64,000 nt of DNA from an uncultured cyanobacterium (GTDB taxonomy: Bacteria > Cyanobacteriota > Cyanobacteriia > PCC-9006 > JAAUQQ01), in the NCBI GenBank assembly GCA_963718615.1, contig OY970368.1:640001-704000 (forward strand). The letters are read 5' to 3'. Positions within the stretch are counted from its first letter, which is position 1. Each line of letters opens with the position of its first letter. The notes under the pieces were generated by a model that was not told the DNA's origin, ran no database searches, and saw only the letters and a list, made by a program, of their open reading frames with translations. Made by a program: the position numbers and the translations under genes. Shown here one piece after another: positions 1 through 11,334 of this stretch.

Positions 1-663
1 ATCAATCAGCAGATATAAATCGCCTCGCTGGCCATAGGCACTGGCCATGCCCTTGCCCCGCAACCGCACTTTGCTACCGCTTTTGACCCCCGCTGGGATA
101 TTGACGTCAATCGATTCACCATTCACCTTAATCGACTTGCGGACGCCCCGAAAGGCTTCTCCCAACGTCAACACCAGCTTAGCCTCTTGGTCTAAATTGG
201 TCGCTGTGGCGCGCCCGCCTCCCCCAAAACCTCCATTAAAACCGCCATAACCCGCCGCCGATGGCCCCGTCGACGAACCATAGGATGAGTAGCTACCACC
301 GCCACCACTGGGCGTGTTAAACCGTCCCAGCAGATCGTTAATAAAGTCTTCAAAATTATTGAAGCGGCCAAAGTCTACATCTCCGAAGCCAACTCCACCA
401 CCGCCAAAACCGGGGCCACCCGCCGCCGCCTGTTTCCAATATTGGCCAAATTGATCGTATTTCTTGCGTTTATCGGGGTCGGAGAGAACCTCGTAGGCTT
501 CATTGATTTCCTTGAACTTAGTTTCGGCAGCCTGATCACCCGGATTCAAATCTGGATGATACTTTCGCGCAAGACGACGAAAGGCCTGCTTGATTTCATC
601 CGCGTCCGCTGAACGCTGCACACCCAAAATAGAGTAATAGTCTTTGAAATCCGTCGCCGCCAT
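1..663 (-). CDS. DnaJ-class chaperone (CbpA-like: J domain, G/F region, DnaJ C-terminal domain); 3' end lies outside the window
   Basis: Not in the ORF track. Manual translation from ATG at 663 gives [43 protein letters not shown]..., with the HPD motif and a Gly/Phe-rich linker. Confidence 0.9.
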   Translation of the reverse strand, partial: MAATDFKDYYSILGVQRSADADEIKQAFRRLARKYHPDLNPGDQAAETKFKEINEAYEVLSDPDKRKKYDQFGQYWKQAAAGGPGFGGGGVGFGDVDFGRFNNFEDFINDLLGRFNTPSGGGGSYSSYGSSTGPSAAGYGGFNGGFGGGGRATATNLDQEAKLVLTLGEAFRGVRKSIKVNGESIDVNIPAGVKSGSKVRLRGKGMASAYGQRGDLYLLID

Positions 664-849
664 TCGCCTTCAAACTCCTTGCTCTGCGAAGTTTTGCCTC
701 AGCCTGGAATAAGAGGCAGGTAAAAACCTGCCCCCAGGCCCATATCTATTGTGACAATCCGCAGAGTTAGACGCGAGTGCGTTTAACCGTAAGCTCCAGG
801 ATTCGGTTTGCTCCAGCCAAAACTAACGTTCATCAGGCTAGAGCTCCGG

Positions 850-2142
850 CTAGATAATCGTGTCGTCCGGAATCGTGGCATTTTTCACAACCACCACAAT
901 GCCGCTGCGAATATAGAAACCGAGATCTTCCCGTTCTGCCTCTTCGATGCGATCGCGATTGATAATCTGCACATTCTTACCAATACGCGCATTTTTATCT
1001 ACGATCGCCCCTCGAATCGTCGTGTTCGCCCCAATCCCCATAGGGATCACAAGATCGGTCGGGTCCGGATTACGTTCGGCATGGGGCTGATAATAATCAC
1101 AGCCCATAATCAGTGAGTCTTGAATCACACTTCCCGATCCCACCCGAGAGCGGACGCCCAGAACTGAGTGATGAACGCGACATTCCTTGAGAATACAGCC
1201 CTCACCCACGATCGATTCGGTGACCTGACAATCGAGCAGCTTGGTCGGCGGCAGGAAACGGCTGCGGGTGTAGATCGGAGCCTCGTCGTTGTAGAAACTA
1301 AAGGGAGGTTCTGGTTGGATCGTCAGCGCCAAATTGGCCTCGTAGAATGCCTTGATGGTTCCAATATCTTCCCAATAGCCATCAAACAAATAGGCCTGAA
1401 GATTGTAGTGGTCTGCCGCTGCGGGAATGATCTCCTTACCAAAGTCCGTTTGGTCAGGGTACTTCGCCAGCAAGTCAATCAGAGCCTGTTTTTTAAAGAC
1501 ATAGATCCCCATCGAAGCGATGTAGGGCTTCTCCTGGGCAGAGGCTGCATCTAACCCTAAGACCGTTGTATCCACCTGCATGGTCTTGAGGGCTTCCCCT
1601 TTGGGCTTCTCGCTAAAATCAATCACTCGGCCTTCGTCGTCAATCTTCATTAGACCAAAATCAGAAGCACGGTCTTCGTCGATAGGCACGACAGACAGGG
1701 TAACATCAGCCCCGGTTTTGCGATGGTGTTCCACAAACTTGGAATAATCCATGCGGTAGAGATGATCGCCGGACAGAATGAGATATTCTTCCACATCCCA
1801 TTCTTCAAACATCCACATGTATTGGCGAACCGCATCTGCGGTGCCCTGGAACCAACTCGGGTTTTGGGGAGTTTGCTGGGCAGCCAAAACTTCCACAAAT
1901 CCATCACTAAATCCGCCCAGATTGTTATAACTCCGGGAAATGTGGCGATTGAGGGAGGCCGAGTTAAATTGCGTTAAAACGTAAATTTTGTAGATGTCAG
2001 AATTGATACAATTACTGACAGGAATATCAATGAGGCGATACTTACCCGCCAAGGACACAGCAGGCTTGGCCCTCACTTTGGTTAAGGGATACAGCCGCGT
2101 TCCAGCCCCGCCTCCCAAAATGATGCTTAAAACTTTTTGCAC
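850..2142 (-). CDS. glgC: Glucose-1-phosphate adenylyltransferase (ADP-glucose pyrophosphorylase)
   Basis: [42 protein letters not shown] motifs. Confidence 0.98.
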   Translation of the reverse strand: MQKVLSIILGGGAGTRLYPLTKVRAKPAVSLAGKYRLIDIPVSNCINSDIYKIYVLTQFNSASLNRHISRSYNNLGGFSDGFVEVLAAQQTPQNPSWFQGTADAVRQYMWMFEEWDVEEYLILSGDHLYRMDYSKFVEHHRKTGADVTLSVVPIDEDRASDFGLMKIDDEGRVIDFSEKPKGEALKTMQVDTTVLGLDAASAQEKPYIASMGIYVFKKQALIDLLAKYPDQTDFGKEIIPAAADHYNLQAYLFDGYWEDIGTIKAFYEANLALTIQPEPPFSFYNDEAPIYTRSRFLPPTKLLDCQVTESIVGEGCILKECRVHHSVLGVRSRVGSGSVIQDSLIMGCDYYQPHAERNPDPTDLVIPMGIGANTTIRGAIVDKNARIGKNVQIINRDRIEEAEREDLGFYIRSGIVVVVKNATIPDDTII

Positions 2143-2413
2143 AATCAGACTCCCGAAGATCCGCGCGTTTAACGATGCTTTGCTGTATCTTATAAAATCG
2201 CTCGAGCACCCGAAGATTGCCTTTCTTTTCTCTCAATTCGTGATTAATAGTCAAGAAGGCAAAGCAGTTTAGGTTCACGAACATCCTCAGTGTCGGCCTG
2301 TCCTGTCTCCTTGGCAAGAGGGATCAATTACAAAATGCAAAAAATCTGCTTACAGATAGATCTCAAATCAGAACAAGGTTAGATCCTGAGGGACTCCCGG
2401 TTAAAATTTTTCC

Positions 2414-3505
2414 TCAATCCTTAGACTGAGGCGATCGCCCCTCCAAGGTTGTTTGGTGCTGCACCATGAGCCCCTGACGACAATAGTTCCAGGTACTCGG
2501 ATCCTCTCCGGTCACCCACTGGCAATGGTGATCGCGAAATCGGGTCCAAGTTTGTTGCATTTGTCGTAGGAGCGGCTGTTCAACGGGGAGAAGGGTGATG
2601 GCGATCGCATCATAGCGTTGCTGAAGGGCTGCATCGACCTGTTCATAAACCACCTGGGTACAGCGAAACAGCAGATCTCGCTGGGGCGGTGCCCCGAGGA
2701 TCGGCCCATCAACCCGCTCACAGTGCAGGGGCTGACCTTGGTAATACAAAACCCCTAAACGATGGACAGCCGCCAGCATCTCCGCAGTCTGGGGAGATGG
2801 GGTGATCGAATCGCCAGCCGTGGGGCGTACCCAACGCCGCAGCTGACCGGTGCGGGTTTCTGTGAGTGCTGTGAGACAGGTCGTCACAAAGGTTTCGTAG
2901 GTGGGTTGCTGGGCGCGATCGCGGTTGAGGTATTCACAGGCCGCTTGGCGATAGGCGTCCCAGCTAGACTGGGCCTGGTCCAGCAAGGCCACGGAGGTCG
3001 TTGGGGAAGCCGTAGCGGCTTGGGCTGGCTGCTTTTGAAGCTGCTTTTGAATTTGCTGAATCACCTGCTCCTGAAGGCGTTCCGAGGCTTCTAGGGTTTG
3101 TCTTGCACATTGATTGAGCTGGGCTTGACTAACGGGGTCTGCACAGATGAGGGGGGAGAGGGAGGAGAGGGGCGTTGGGGAATTGGGGGAACTGGATGCT
3201 CGGGGAAGGGGCGTTGGGGAAATAGGCGTTGAAGGAATCGGTGTTGAAGGAATCGGTGTTGAAGGAATCGGCGTTGGAGCGGTTGGCGAGCCTAAGCTGG
3301 GGACGGAGGCGGGTTGCTGAGGCGGGGCCGTAGGGCTCGCAAACTCATCGGGGGCCGGCGGCAGCAGCGGACGCGATGTAGGGGAGAGCGTCGGAGTCTC
3401 GGGGGTAGGCGCAAAAGAACCACAGGCGACCATCAAGCCCATCATCCCCCCCAGAAAGCCCAGTGGATATAACCAGTCAACCAGATGATTCCGGGGGTCG
3501 GACAC
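2414..3505 (-). CDS. Putative lipoprotein with a Pro-rich linker and two LprI/DUF1311-like domains
   Basis: Hydrophobic leader ending MVAC (lipobox-like); PIPST repeats; AQSSWDAYRQAAC and QQTWTRFRDHHC motifs. Confidence 0.7.
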   Translation of the reverse strand: MSDPRNHLVDWLYPLGFLGGMMGLMVACGSFAPTPETPTLSPTSRPLLPPAPDEFASPTAPPQQPASVPSLGSPTAPTPIPSTPIPSTPIPSTPISPTPLPRASSSPNSPTPLSSLSPLICADPVSQAQLNQCARQTLEASERLQEQVIQQIQKQLQKQPAQAATASPTTSVALLDQAQSSWDAYRQAACEYLNRDRAQQPTYETFVTTCLTALTETRTGQLRRWVRPTAGDSITPSPQTAEMLAAVHRLGVLYYQGQPLHCERVDGPILGAPPQRDLLFRCTQVVYEQVDAALQQRYDAIAITLLPVEQPLLRQMQQTWTRFRDHHCQWVTGEDPSTWNYCRQGLMVQHQTTLEGRSPQSKD

Positions 3506-3520
3506 GAACGTTCAAGGCTC

Positions 3521-4924
3521 CTAGACAGACGAGGGGGAAAAGGACGAGAGACAAATCTGGCGGAAATGATCACCCCGCTGCTCAAAGTTCTCGTACTGGT
3601 CAAAACTGGCACAGGCTGGGGAGAGCAAGACCGTTTTAGCCCCCTGGGCTGCGGCGAGGGCTGCCGCTTGGGGAACCGCTTGGTCGAGGGTGTCGCAGCA
3701 TTCGATGGCGGTGTAGCCGCGCGATCGCAACCGTTCTGCAAATTGTGCCGCCGCCGCCCCAAACAACACTACCGCAACGGCCTTGGCTTCGATTTGGGCT
3801 AACCAGCCCTGATCTTCTCCAGCCTTCGACTCCCCTCCAGCCAGCAAGACCGCTGGGGCCTCCACCGATCGTAGGCCAACTTCGGCAGCGTCGTAGTTGG
3901 TTGCCTTACTATCGTTGATAAATTTAATACCTTTCCATTGGCAAATAGACTCCAAGCGATGGGGCACCCCAGGAAAAGCATCCATGGCAGCGGCGATCGC
4001 TTCCGGTTCAATTCCGGCTAAATGCGCCGCCGCCACGGCCATGAGCAGATTTTGCTGGTTATGGGCTCCCTGCATCTTGAGTCGATCCGCCGCGAGGAGC
4101 CGCTGTCCGGCGATCGTCACCCATCCCGCGTCAAGATAGACTCCCGGCGTCGTACCTGCGGGTAAACCGGCCTGACCCTGGGTGCTGGTCCAGCAGGCAT
4201 CGGGCCAACGATCCTGATAATGCTGACGGATATAGGGATCATCCCCATTGAGAATGCGAAATTGGGCCTGGTCAATCAAATGGGCCTTAATGCTGGCGTA
4301 ATTTTCTACGGTGTAGTGGCGGCTGAGATGGTCCGGGGTGAGCGTCGTCCAAATAGCAATTTGCGGCTTCACTGAGCGTCCGGCCTCAATTTGATAACTG
4401 CTCATTTCCGCGATTACCCAGTCCAAGGGCTGACCCTGGTGTCGCCAGTCCGCCACCCCATCGCAAGCCGCATAGCCAATATTGCCGCAGGCAGGAGCTT
4501 GTTTTCCCGCTGCCTTAAAAATGGCCTCGACCAACGCCGTCGTCGTCGTTTTGCCATTGGTCCCCGTAATCGCTAACCAAGGAATTTCCTGAGAAAATCG
4601 CCAGGCCAGCTCCAGTTCCCCAACCATATCCCACCCCAGGCTGCGGGCCTGCTCTAACCCCGACAGATCCCAAGGTACCCCTGGACTCACCACCACGAGA
4701 TCGGGTTTGGGTCGCAATCGCCCAGTCTTAAACGCCCAGGCCGCAGGATCAAACGTTTCCCCCAGCGAGACCGTGATTCCAGCTTGGGCCAATTGCTGTT
4801 GTTGCTCTGGCGGTGCTGCGTTGGGGTTGCGATCGCTCAGCGTCACCTCAAACCCTTCCCCCTTAAGCAATCGCGCTGCTGCCAAACCCGACCGACCCAG
4901 CCCAATCACATATGCACTGCCCAT
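3521..4924 (-). CDS. murD: UDP-N-acetylmuramoyl-L-alanine--D-glutamate ligase
   Basis: GLGRSG, ITGTNGKTTT, NDSKATN, LLSPACASFDQY; start placed at MGSAYVIG. Confidence 0.96.
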   Translation of the reverse strand: MGSAYVIGLGRSGLAAARLLKGEGFEVTLSDRNPNAAPPEQQQQLAQAGITVSLGETFDPAAWAFKTGRLRPKPDLVVVSPGVPWDLSGLEQARSLGWDMVGELELAWRFSQEIPWLAITGTNGKTTTTALVEAIFKAAGKQAPACGNIGYAACDGVADWRHQGQPLDWVIAEMSSYQIEAGRSVKPQIAIWTTLTPDHLSRHYTVENYASIKAHLIDQAQFRILNGDDPYIRQHYQDRWPDACWTSTQGQAGLPAGTTPGVYLDAGWVTIAGQRLLAADRLKMQGAHNQQNLLMAVAAAHLAGIEPEAIAAAMDAFPGVPHRLESICQWKGIKFINDSKATNYDAAEVGLRSVEAPAVLLAGGESKAGEDQGWLAQIEAKAVAVVLFGAAAAQFAERLRSRGYTAIECCDTLDQAVPQAAALAAAQGAKTVLLSPACASFDQYENFEQRGDHFRQICLSSFSPSSV

Positions 4925-5083
4925 GTTGTCTTCTGCCTTGATTCCGCATCCTCGAAGCCACAAATCATCCTACAAGGGTGCTGCTCTTTCGCGGTAATGG
5001 GCATCGCTTAACCAAGCGAAAGCGGTACAGTGGTGAGAAGCATTTTGATCCCTACCATTTCATTGATTCCTTCGACTATCGCT

Positions 5084-5959
5084 GTGTCATCTCATGTCTC
5101 TATTCTTGGGTTTCTGAGTTCAGGCGAACTGCTGGAGCGTCTGGGACCCTACCTGCAACAGCGCTATGTCCTGAATCTTTGCCGCCATCGCGATGAGTTC
5201 CTTCAGCTCATCCGCACCCAAACCATCACCGCCGACTGTCTACTGGTCGAAGAGAGCCCTGAGCTGGAAACGCTGCTCTCGGAGCTCCGGCAATGCGCCA
5301 TCCTGCTCCCCATCGTCATCCTAACGCCGACTCGCTCCCTCAAGGATGAGGTTGGGGCTAATAATCCTCCCCATCGCTATCATCCAGCAGAGATCAGGCT
5401 GAGCCAAGATGATGGAATCGAGCAGCTAGGTCATTGGGTAGATGAGGCGATCGCCCAATTTCTAAAACTACCGGCCTCCGCGCCCATTCCAAAAGCCTCA
5501 CAGTTTCCAGACCCAACCTTCGATCGTCCCCACCAAGGGTTCGCCCTTTTACAGGACCAACAAAAACGCTTAGCGGAAAAACTTCGAGAACGCTTGGGGT
5601 ATCTAGGGGTGTACTACAAACGAGACTCCCGACTCTTTTTGCGCAACCTCTCCCCGGAGGAAGTGGGAGAAGTCCTCGGAAACCTAAAAACACAGTATCA
5701 AGAAATTGTCTTAAAGTACTTCTATGACAATCAGGATATCAATCTTGCCATTGATGCCTTTGTAAACTTAGCTTTTTTTGCAGATGTTTCTGTGACTCAA
5801 ATTGTTGAGATTCATATGGAACTTATGGATGAGTATTCCAAACAGTTAAAATTGGAAGGCAGAAGCGAAGAAATCTTGGTTGATTATCGCCTAACGCTGC
5901 TGGATATCGTGGCTCACCTCTGCGAGATGTACCGGCGATCTATCCCACGAGAGTCCTAA
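5084..5959 (+). CDS. kaiA: Circadian clock protein KaiA (full length, with pseudo-receiver domain)
   Basis: RERLGYLGVYYKR and LDIVAHLCEMYRRSIPRE; start codon uncertain (GTG at 5084 chosen). Confidence 0.96.
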   Translation: MSSHVSILGFLSSGELLERLGPYLQQRYVLNLCRHRDEFLQLIRTQTITADCLLVEESPELETLLSELRQCAILLPIVILTPTRSLKDEVGANNPPHRYHPAEIRLSQDDGIEQLGHWVDEAIAQFLKLPASAPIPKASQFPDPTFDRPHQGFALLQDQQKRLAEKLRERLGYLGVYYKRDSRLFLRNLSPEEVGEVLGNLKTQYQEIVLKYFYDNQDINLAIDAFVNLAFFADVSVTQIVEIHMELMDEYSKQLKLEGRSEEILVDYRLTLLDIVAHLCEMYRRSIPRES

Positions 5960-5962
5960 ACC

Positions 5963-6289
5963 ATGAGTATCATATCTCTCAAAAAAACCTATGTTTTGAA
6001 ACTGTATGTTGCAGGGAATACGCCAAATTCTGTGCGCGCGTTAAAAACATTAAAAAATATTTTAGAGCAGGAGTTTCAAGGGGTTTATGCGCTAAAGGTT
6101 ATCGATGTTCTGAAGAATCCACAACTGGCAGAAGAAGACAAGATCCTGGCTACTCCAACGCTGGCCAAAATCTTGCCACCGCCGGTTCGTCGCATTATCG
6201 GCGATCTATCGGATCGAGAGCGGGTGCTGATCGGTTTAGACTTGCTCTACGAAGAACTTCAGGACGATAGCGAATATTCGACGACCTAG
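5963..6289 (+). CDS. kaiB: Circadian clock protein KaiB
   Basis: [22 protein letters not shown]...[24 protein letters not shown]. Confidence 0.99.
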   Translation: MSIISLKKTYVLKLYVAGNTPNSVRALKTLKNILEQEFQGVYALKVIDVLKNPQLAEEDKILATPTLAKILPPPVRRIIGDLSDRERVLIGLDLLYEELQDDSEYSTT

Positions 6290-6439
6290 GGCGATCGCCC
6301 GCAGCCATCCAATCGCCATCCAGTATAGGGGGAGCCATCAGACTGTCGCAGAATCGCGGTAAGGTATTGTTCGTGCGAAATCCCGGCATATAATGGCCTC
6401 TGCGTTTAGTTTTTGCTTCGTCAGCTCGCCCCTAAACCT

Positions 6440-7999
6440 ATGAGTCAATCCGATCAGGCCATGAACTCTCCGCTGCGAGGCGTTCAGAAGATCAGAACCA
6501 TGATCGAAGGGTTCGATGACATTTGTCACGGTGGCTTGCCCTGCGGTCGGACCACACTCATGAGTGGAACCTCAGGCACCGGCAAAACCCTGTACTCGGT
6601 CCAGTTCCTCTACAACGGCATTCAGTTTTTTAATGAGCCTGGGGTTTTTGTCACCTTCGAGGAATCCCCTGCGGACATTATCAAAAACGCCGAAAGCTTT
6701 GGCTGGGATCTGCAACAACTGATAGATGATGGCAAGCTTTTTATTCTGGATGCTTCACCGGATCCCGATGGCCAGGACATTGTGGGCAACTTTGATCTTT
6801 CAGCATTGATTGAGCGCATTCAGTATGCCATTCGCAAATACAAGGCCAAGCGGGTGGTGATTGACTCGATTACGGCAGTATTTCAGCAGTATGACGCCGC
6901 GTCCGTCGTCCGTCGAGAAATTTTTCGGCTCGTGGCCCGCCTCAAGCAAATTGGTGTGACAACGGTGATGACCACGGAACGGGTGGAAGAATACGGGCCG
7001 ATCGCTCGTTTTGGTGTCGAAGAATTTGTCTCAGATAACGTGGTGGTAGTGCGCAACGTCCTGGAAGGAGAACGACGGCGACGCACGATCGAAATTCTCA
7101 AGCTGCGCGGAACCACCCACATGAAAGGAGAATATCCTTTCACGATGACCAGCAATGGTATCAATATCTTTCCCCTGGGAGCGATGCGCTTAACCCAGCG
7201 ATCTTCCAATGTGCGGGTATCCTCCGGGGTCACGAAGCTGGACGAAATGTGCGGCGGTGGCTTCTTTAAAGATTCGATTATTTTGGCCACTGGGGCCACG
7301 GGAACAGGCAAGACGCTGCTGGTTAGCAAATTTGTCGAAAATGCCTGCAAGAGCGAGGAGCGGGCGATCCTGTTTGCCTACGAAGAATCGCGAGCTCAGC
7401 TCCTGCGCAATGCCTATTCCTGGGGGATCGATTTTGAAGAATTCGAGCGGCAGGGTCTCCTCAAAATTATCTGCGCCTACCCGGAATCTGCCGGACTAGA
7501 GGACCATCTGCAAATTATTAAAACGGAAATCGAGCAATATAAACCGTCTCGCATCGCGATCGATTCCTTATCAGCCCTCGATCGAGGCGTCAGCAGTACT
7601 GCCTTTCGACAATTTGTGATTGGTGTTACGGGCTACGCCAAACAGGAGGAAATCACGGGTTTCTTCACCAACACAACGGATCAGTTTATGGGCTCTCAAT
7701 CGATTACCGATTCCCATATCTCAACGATTACAGATTCGATCCTTTTGTTACAGTACGTTGAGATTCGGGGAGAGATGGCCCGTGCTATCAACGTCTTTAA
7801 AATGCGTGGATCTTGGCATGATAAGGGGATTCGAGAGTTTACCATTAGCGAGAACGGTCCTGATATTAAGGATTCTTTCCGTAACTTTGAAGGCATCATT
7901 AGCGGTGCCCCCAGCCGGATTTCGTTCAATGAAAAGAGCGAACTTTCCCGGATTGTGCGAGGGGTACAGGAAAAGAGTAGCGATCGCCCCGATCTCTGA
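6440..7999 (+). CDS. kaiC: Circadian clock kinase KaiC
   Basis: Two P-loops (GTSGTGKT, GATGTGKT); DSHISTITD phosphosite motif retained. Confidence 0.99.
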   Translation: MSQSDQAMNSPLRGVQKIRTMIEGFDDICHGGLPCGRTTLMSGTSGTGKTLYSVQFLYNGIQFFNEPGVFVTFEESPADIIKNAESFGWDLQQLIDDGKLFILDASPDPDGQDIVGNFDLSALIERIQYAIRKYKAKRVVIDSITAVFQQYDAASVVRREIFRLVARLKQIGVTTVMTTERVEEYGPIARFGVEEFVSDNVVVVRNVLEGERRRRTIEILKLRGTTHMKGEYPFTMTSNGINIFPLGAMRLTQRSSNVRVSSGVTKLDEMCGGGFFKDSIILATGATGTGKTLLVSKFVENACKSEERAILFAYEESRAQLLRNAYSWGIDFEEFERQGLLKIICAYPESAGLEDHLQIIKTEIEQYKPSRIAIDSLSALDRGVSSTAFRQFVIGVTGYAKQEEITGFFTNTTDQFMGSQSITDSHISTITDSILLLQYVEIRGEMARAINVFKMRGSWHDKGIREFTISENGPDIKDSFRNFEGIISGAPSRISFNEKSELSRIVRGVQEKSSDRPDL

Positions 8000-8258
8000 T
8001 CCCTCATAGGATTTTGATTGGATGCTCCCATGGGACCTTGAACGGGACCTTGAGGGGATAGAGTTCAGTAGGCGGCTTAAATTTATACTTAAAGATTTAT
8101 AGAAAAGTGTTCTCGCCAATCATTTTTGTTGAATAATCTATGCAAAATATCGCATGACAAAATTTTTCTGAGAACGGTATAATCTCACCCTGCTTACAAC
8201 CGGCATCCCTCAGAAGCCGGATTGCAACACGACCGCTGTCCTAATGTGTTAGAGACCT

Positions 8259-9398
8259 ATGCTACTATTCGGGCTTGCTTGGGTTGCATCTTGGATGAGT
8301 AGCTGCTTTGCCCAAAGCAGTTGCAATCTTCAGTTTTACCTTCAAGGGAGTCTTTTGGCCCAACAGCAAGTGCAGAGTACCCTGGCTACTGTTGCCGCCC
8401 AGACCCACCCTCACCCCCCCCTTGCACCAACCCTCCGTTCACCCCAGGTTCAGACCGCCGCTACTTTGCCACCAGTGGCCTCCGCTTCACTCTTGCCGAA
8501 CTGGCTGGCCTCCCAAGGCAGTATTTTAGAACTGGCCCAGCCCTTAGCCCGCTGGTTAACGGCTTGGCGTCCTTTTCAGGGCGATCGCCCCGATCCTTTA
8601 CCGGATGTTCGAAATACCTGGGCAGTCGGAGACCTTAGCTGTCTGTCCGGCACCCATGGGCTACGTCCTCACCACACCACCCAGTATCCGGGGTTTTCAA
8701 CCTGGCTGCGGTCTTGTTTGCTGGTAGACATAGCGGAAACGGACCCAGCCGCCTCGGAAAGTCTGGCTCGCCGCATGGAGGAAGCCCTGCGAGCAGCCCA
8801 GTGGCAAGGGGATTCGATTCAGCCGACCTTGGCGGAAAATTTGCCTGCGGCGAAGGTGGGCGATCGCCTCCTGTTTATCATCACCCCAGAAATGGCCACG
8901 GCTCTCCATATCAATGGCGAAATCCTAGCTACCCAATGGGTCAACCAACTGCGCATCGCCCTAGGGGCTGAACCCCTGACTCTGGTCGATAGTCAAATGC
9001 TGATGCATGGCCTGAAGCGAACTGGCGACTACCTCGAAGGGGACGCGTCCTGGTATGGCCCCTATTTCCACGGCAAGCTCACGGCCACGGGCGAAATCTT
9101 TGATAAACAATTATTTACGGCGGCCCACAAGGAATTGCCCCTAGACACCTATCTCAAGGTCACCAACCTGAAAACTGGGGATACCTTGATTGTGCGGGTG
9201 AACGACCGAGGACCCTATGTGGGCGATCGCATGCTAGACCTCTCCCAAGGCGCGGCCCAATACCTGGGCAGCGAAAATAATGGCGTTGTCCCGATCCGGG
9301 CGGAGGTGCTAGAGCCAGCGGATCGGCTCCAGGCCTCCCTCCCCTATCGGGCGATCAAACCCCTTCAGGATCCCTTGATTACGATGTGGCGTCCGTGA
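8259..9398 (+). CDS. rlpA: RlpA-family septal ring lytic transglycosylase (C-terminal double-psi beta-barrel)
   Basis: ASWYGPYFHGKLTATGE, TAAHKELP, VRVNDRGPY. Confidence 0.85.
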   Translation: MLLFGLAWVASWMSSCFAQSSCNLQFYLQGSLLAQQQVQSTLATVAAQTHPHPPLAPTLRSPQVQTAATLPPVASASLLPNWLASQGSILELAQPLARWLTAWRPFQGDRPDPLPDVRNTWAVGDLSCLSGTHGLRPHHTTQYPGFSTWLRSCLLVDIAETDPAASESLARRMEEALRAAQWQGDSIQPTLAENLPAAKVGDRLLFIITPEMATALHINGEILATQWVNQLRIALGAEPLTLVDSQMLMHGLKRTGDYLEGDASWYGPYFHGKLTATGEIFDKQLFTAAHKELPLDTYLKVTNLKTGDTLIVRVNDRGPYVGDRMLDLSQGAAQYLGSENNGVVPIRAEVLEPADRLQASLPYRAIKPLQDPLITMWRP

Positions 9399-9997
9399 TC
9401 CAAACTGAGCCAGCCCGTATCGCGGAGCTGGTTCAAAATTCGGGTAACGGTCACTCGGGTGGTGCCAAGGGCATTGGCCAAATGTTGGTGCGTCAGCCGC
9501 AGCTCGAGGCGCGTTCCCGCTTCAACGGGCTGACCCACCTCTAGGGCGAGGAGCTGCAAAAACTGCTTGAGCCGCTCTTCCACCCGGCGTTGTCCCAAGA
9601 GCGCCACCATGGTCTCCGCTTGCTGCAAGCGACGGCAGAGGCTGCGCGAGACTTCCTGTAGCAGCACTGGAGATTGTTCAACCTCAACCATCGAAAACTT
9701 TGTGGCCTCCACATCCGAAAAGGCCACGGCTTGATAGGGATCCACCATGCTTAGGGGACTGCCAAAGGGCATCGAAGGACCTGCCAAACCTAGCAAGGCT
9801 TCATCCCCGGTGGGATACAGGGTGTTGAGCAAGACTACCCCCGATTTGACGATCCAGACTTGATGCTCTTGGAGCGGAATGACCTGACCCCGCCGAAACC
9901 CGTGGACGGGCCGGGGCAGAGACCGTAGATCAAGGGTCGAGTTCAAGCGGACCGGCCTGTGGTCTACCGCCTGAAGATTTAAAGTTGCCATAGCCAA
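9365..9997 (-). CDS. Crp/Fnr-family transcriptional regulator (CysR-like)
   Basis: C-terminal HTH LTHQHLANALGTTRVTVTRIL. Confidence 0.88.
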   Translation of the reverse strand: MAMATLNLQAVDHRPVRLNSTLDLRSLPRPVHGFRRGQVIPLQEHQVWIVKSGVVLLNTLYPTGDEALLGLAGPSMPFGSPLSMVDPYQAVAFSDVEATKFSMVEVEQSPVLLQEVSRSLCRRLQQAETMVALLGQRRVEERLKQFLQLLALEVGQPVEAGTRLELRLTHQHLANALGTTRVTVTRILNQLRDTGWLSLDHGRHIVIKGS

Positions 9998-10220
9998 ACA
10001 CTTAAACCTTGCGTGATGGGGTCAGTGCTCAGTGTAGGGGCGGTAAATCAAGGGGAGGTAAGGGAAAGGTTGTGGCGAGTTTAAGCTTTTAAGCCTTGAG
10101 CTAGACGATTGAAGAGAGGACGAGGCGATCGCCAGCACTACTCTTGCCCAATAGCCTAGGCGGTCGCTTTAGGAAAAACAAGCTATCTAGAACACAATGC
10201 CAGAACAGGCTAAAACCCAG

Positions 10221-10712
10221 CTAAAACACGATCGTTCCAGGGCCACTTTTGAAGGGACCCACCACGGTTGAAGTGATCCAACCCCCATAAAAATGACCCG
10301 GTTGGGGCCTCACCCGTTCGCCATCGACGCGACATTCGTCCATGGATTCAGGGTAAAAGGCTATGAAGTCACGAATGGGACCAAAGGGTTCTGTGGGATT
10401 GGGATAAAACCAGGCCGTGGATTCCGCTTGGCGATCGCCCACCGTCACGGTGTAATATCCCGCCAACCCCTTCCACTCGCAAAATGAATGACGCGGCGTT
10501 AGGGTGAGATACTGCATCTGAATGTCCTCCGGCGGAATGTAATAGACCGGCGGATGGCTGGTTTCGAGCACCCGCTGGGACCGTTGGCTGGTGGCAATCA
10601 AGACGCCATTGAAAACGACTTCGAGCAGCGCGGTACAAGCTTCTAGGCGGGGGGGCCGGGGATAATCCCAAACGGATTCTTGGCCGGGACCCGGTTCGAT
10701 CCGTTGCATCAT
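10221..10712 (-). CDS. DUF427-domain protein
   Basis: ESVWDYPRPPRLE, ETSHPPVYYIPP, SFCEWKG. Confidence 0.88.
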   Translation of the reverse strand: MMQRIEPGPGQESVWDYPRPPRLEACTALLEVVFNGVLIATSQRSQRVLETSHPPVYYIPPEDIQMQYLTLTPRHSFCEWKGLAGYYTVTVGDRQAESTAWFYPNPTEPFGPIRDFIAFYPESMDECRVDGERVRPQPGHFYGGWITSTVVGPFKSGPGTIVF

Positions 10713-10737
10713 CAGGTTTATCAGAAGAGGTCTCTCG

Positions 10738-11334
10738 ATGATAACGTCTCAGAATCTGCCGCTCAAGCTGGCGCTCAAGGAATGGGCGATCGCCCTCGAT
10801 GCCCTCTACCAAGGCGAACAAATTCTCTTGCTCCGCAAGGGTGGAATTCGAGAGCAGGGACGAGGGTTTACCTTAGAGGCAGAAGCCTTTGGGCTCTATC
10901 CCACCTACGAACACCAAAAGCCCGAATTGCTCAAACCCGCCTATGCCCACCGAGTGGAGCCGGTGCCATCCGGCTGGCATCCTGCCCAGGTGACGATTCG
11001 GGCTTGGGCAGCGGTGACGGAGAAGCTCGAACTGGACCGGGCGGAGCAGATTGAAGCGCTGTTGCCGCTGCATGTGTGGAATGAACGGTTTGTGCGCGAT
11101 CGCCTCCGTTGGCAGCCCAAGATGCCGCTGAGCCTTCTGCTGCTGCGGGTTTATCACTTAGCCACGCCCCAGATTCTAGACTATTGCCCAGCATTCGGTG
11201 GCTGTCGCTCTTGGCTAGAACTGCCGAAGGCTATCACCGTTGAAAATAGCCATCCTGTGCTGTCGGATGAGGGGTATGGCAGTCAGGTTGCTCACCTCAA
11301 AACCCTTGTGGGAGTCGGGCCGATCCACCCCTAG
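10738..11334 (+). CDS. DUF1802-family protein
   Basis: [28 protein letters not shown]. Confidence 0.85.
   Translation: MITSQNLPLKLALKEWAIALDALYQGEQILLLRKGGIREQGRGFTLEAEAFGLYPTYEHQKPELLKPAYAHRVEPVPSGWHPAQVTIRAWAAVTEKLELDRAEQIEALLPLHVWNERFVRDRLRWQPKMPLSLLLLRVYHLATPQILDYCPAFGGCRSWLELPKAITVENSHPVLSDEGYGSQVAHLKTLVGVGPIHP

Noticed and set aside
3145-3420. G-rich tract as part of the polarised-skew signal
   Set aside because: Explained by Pro/Ser/Thr codons of the minus-strand linker
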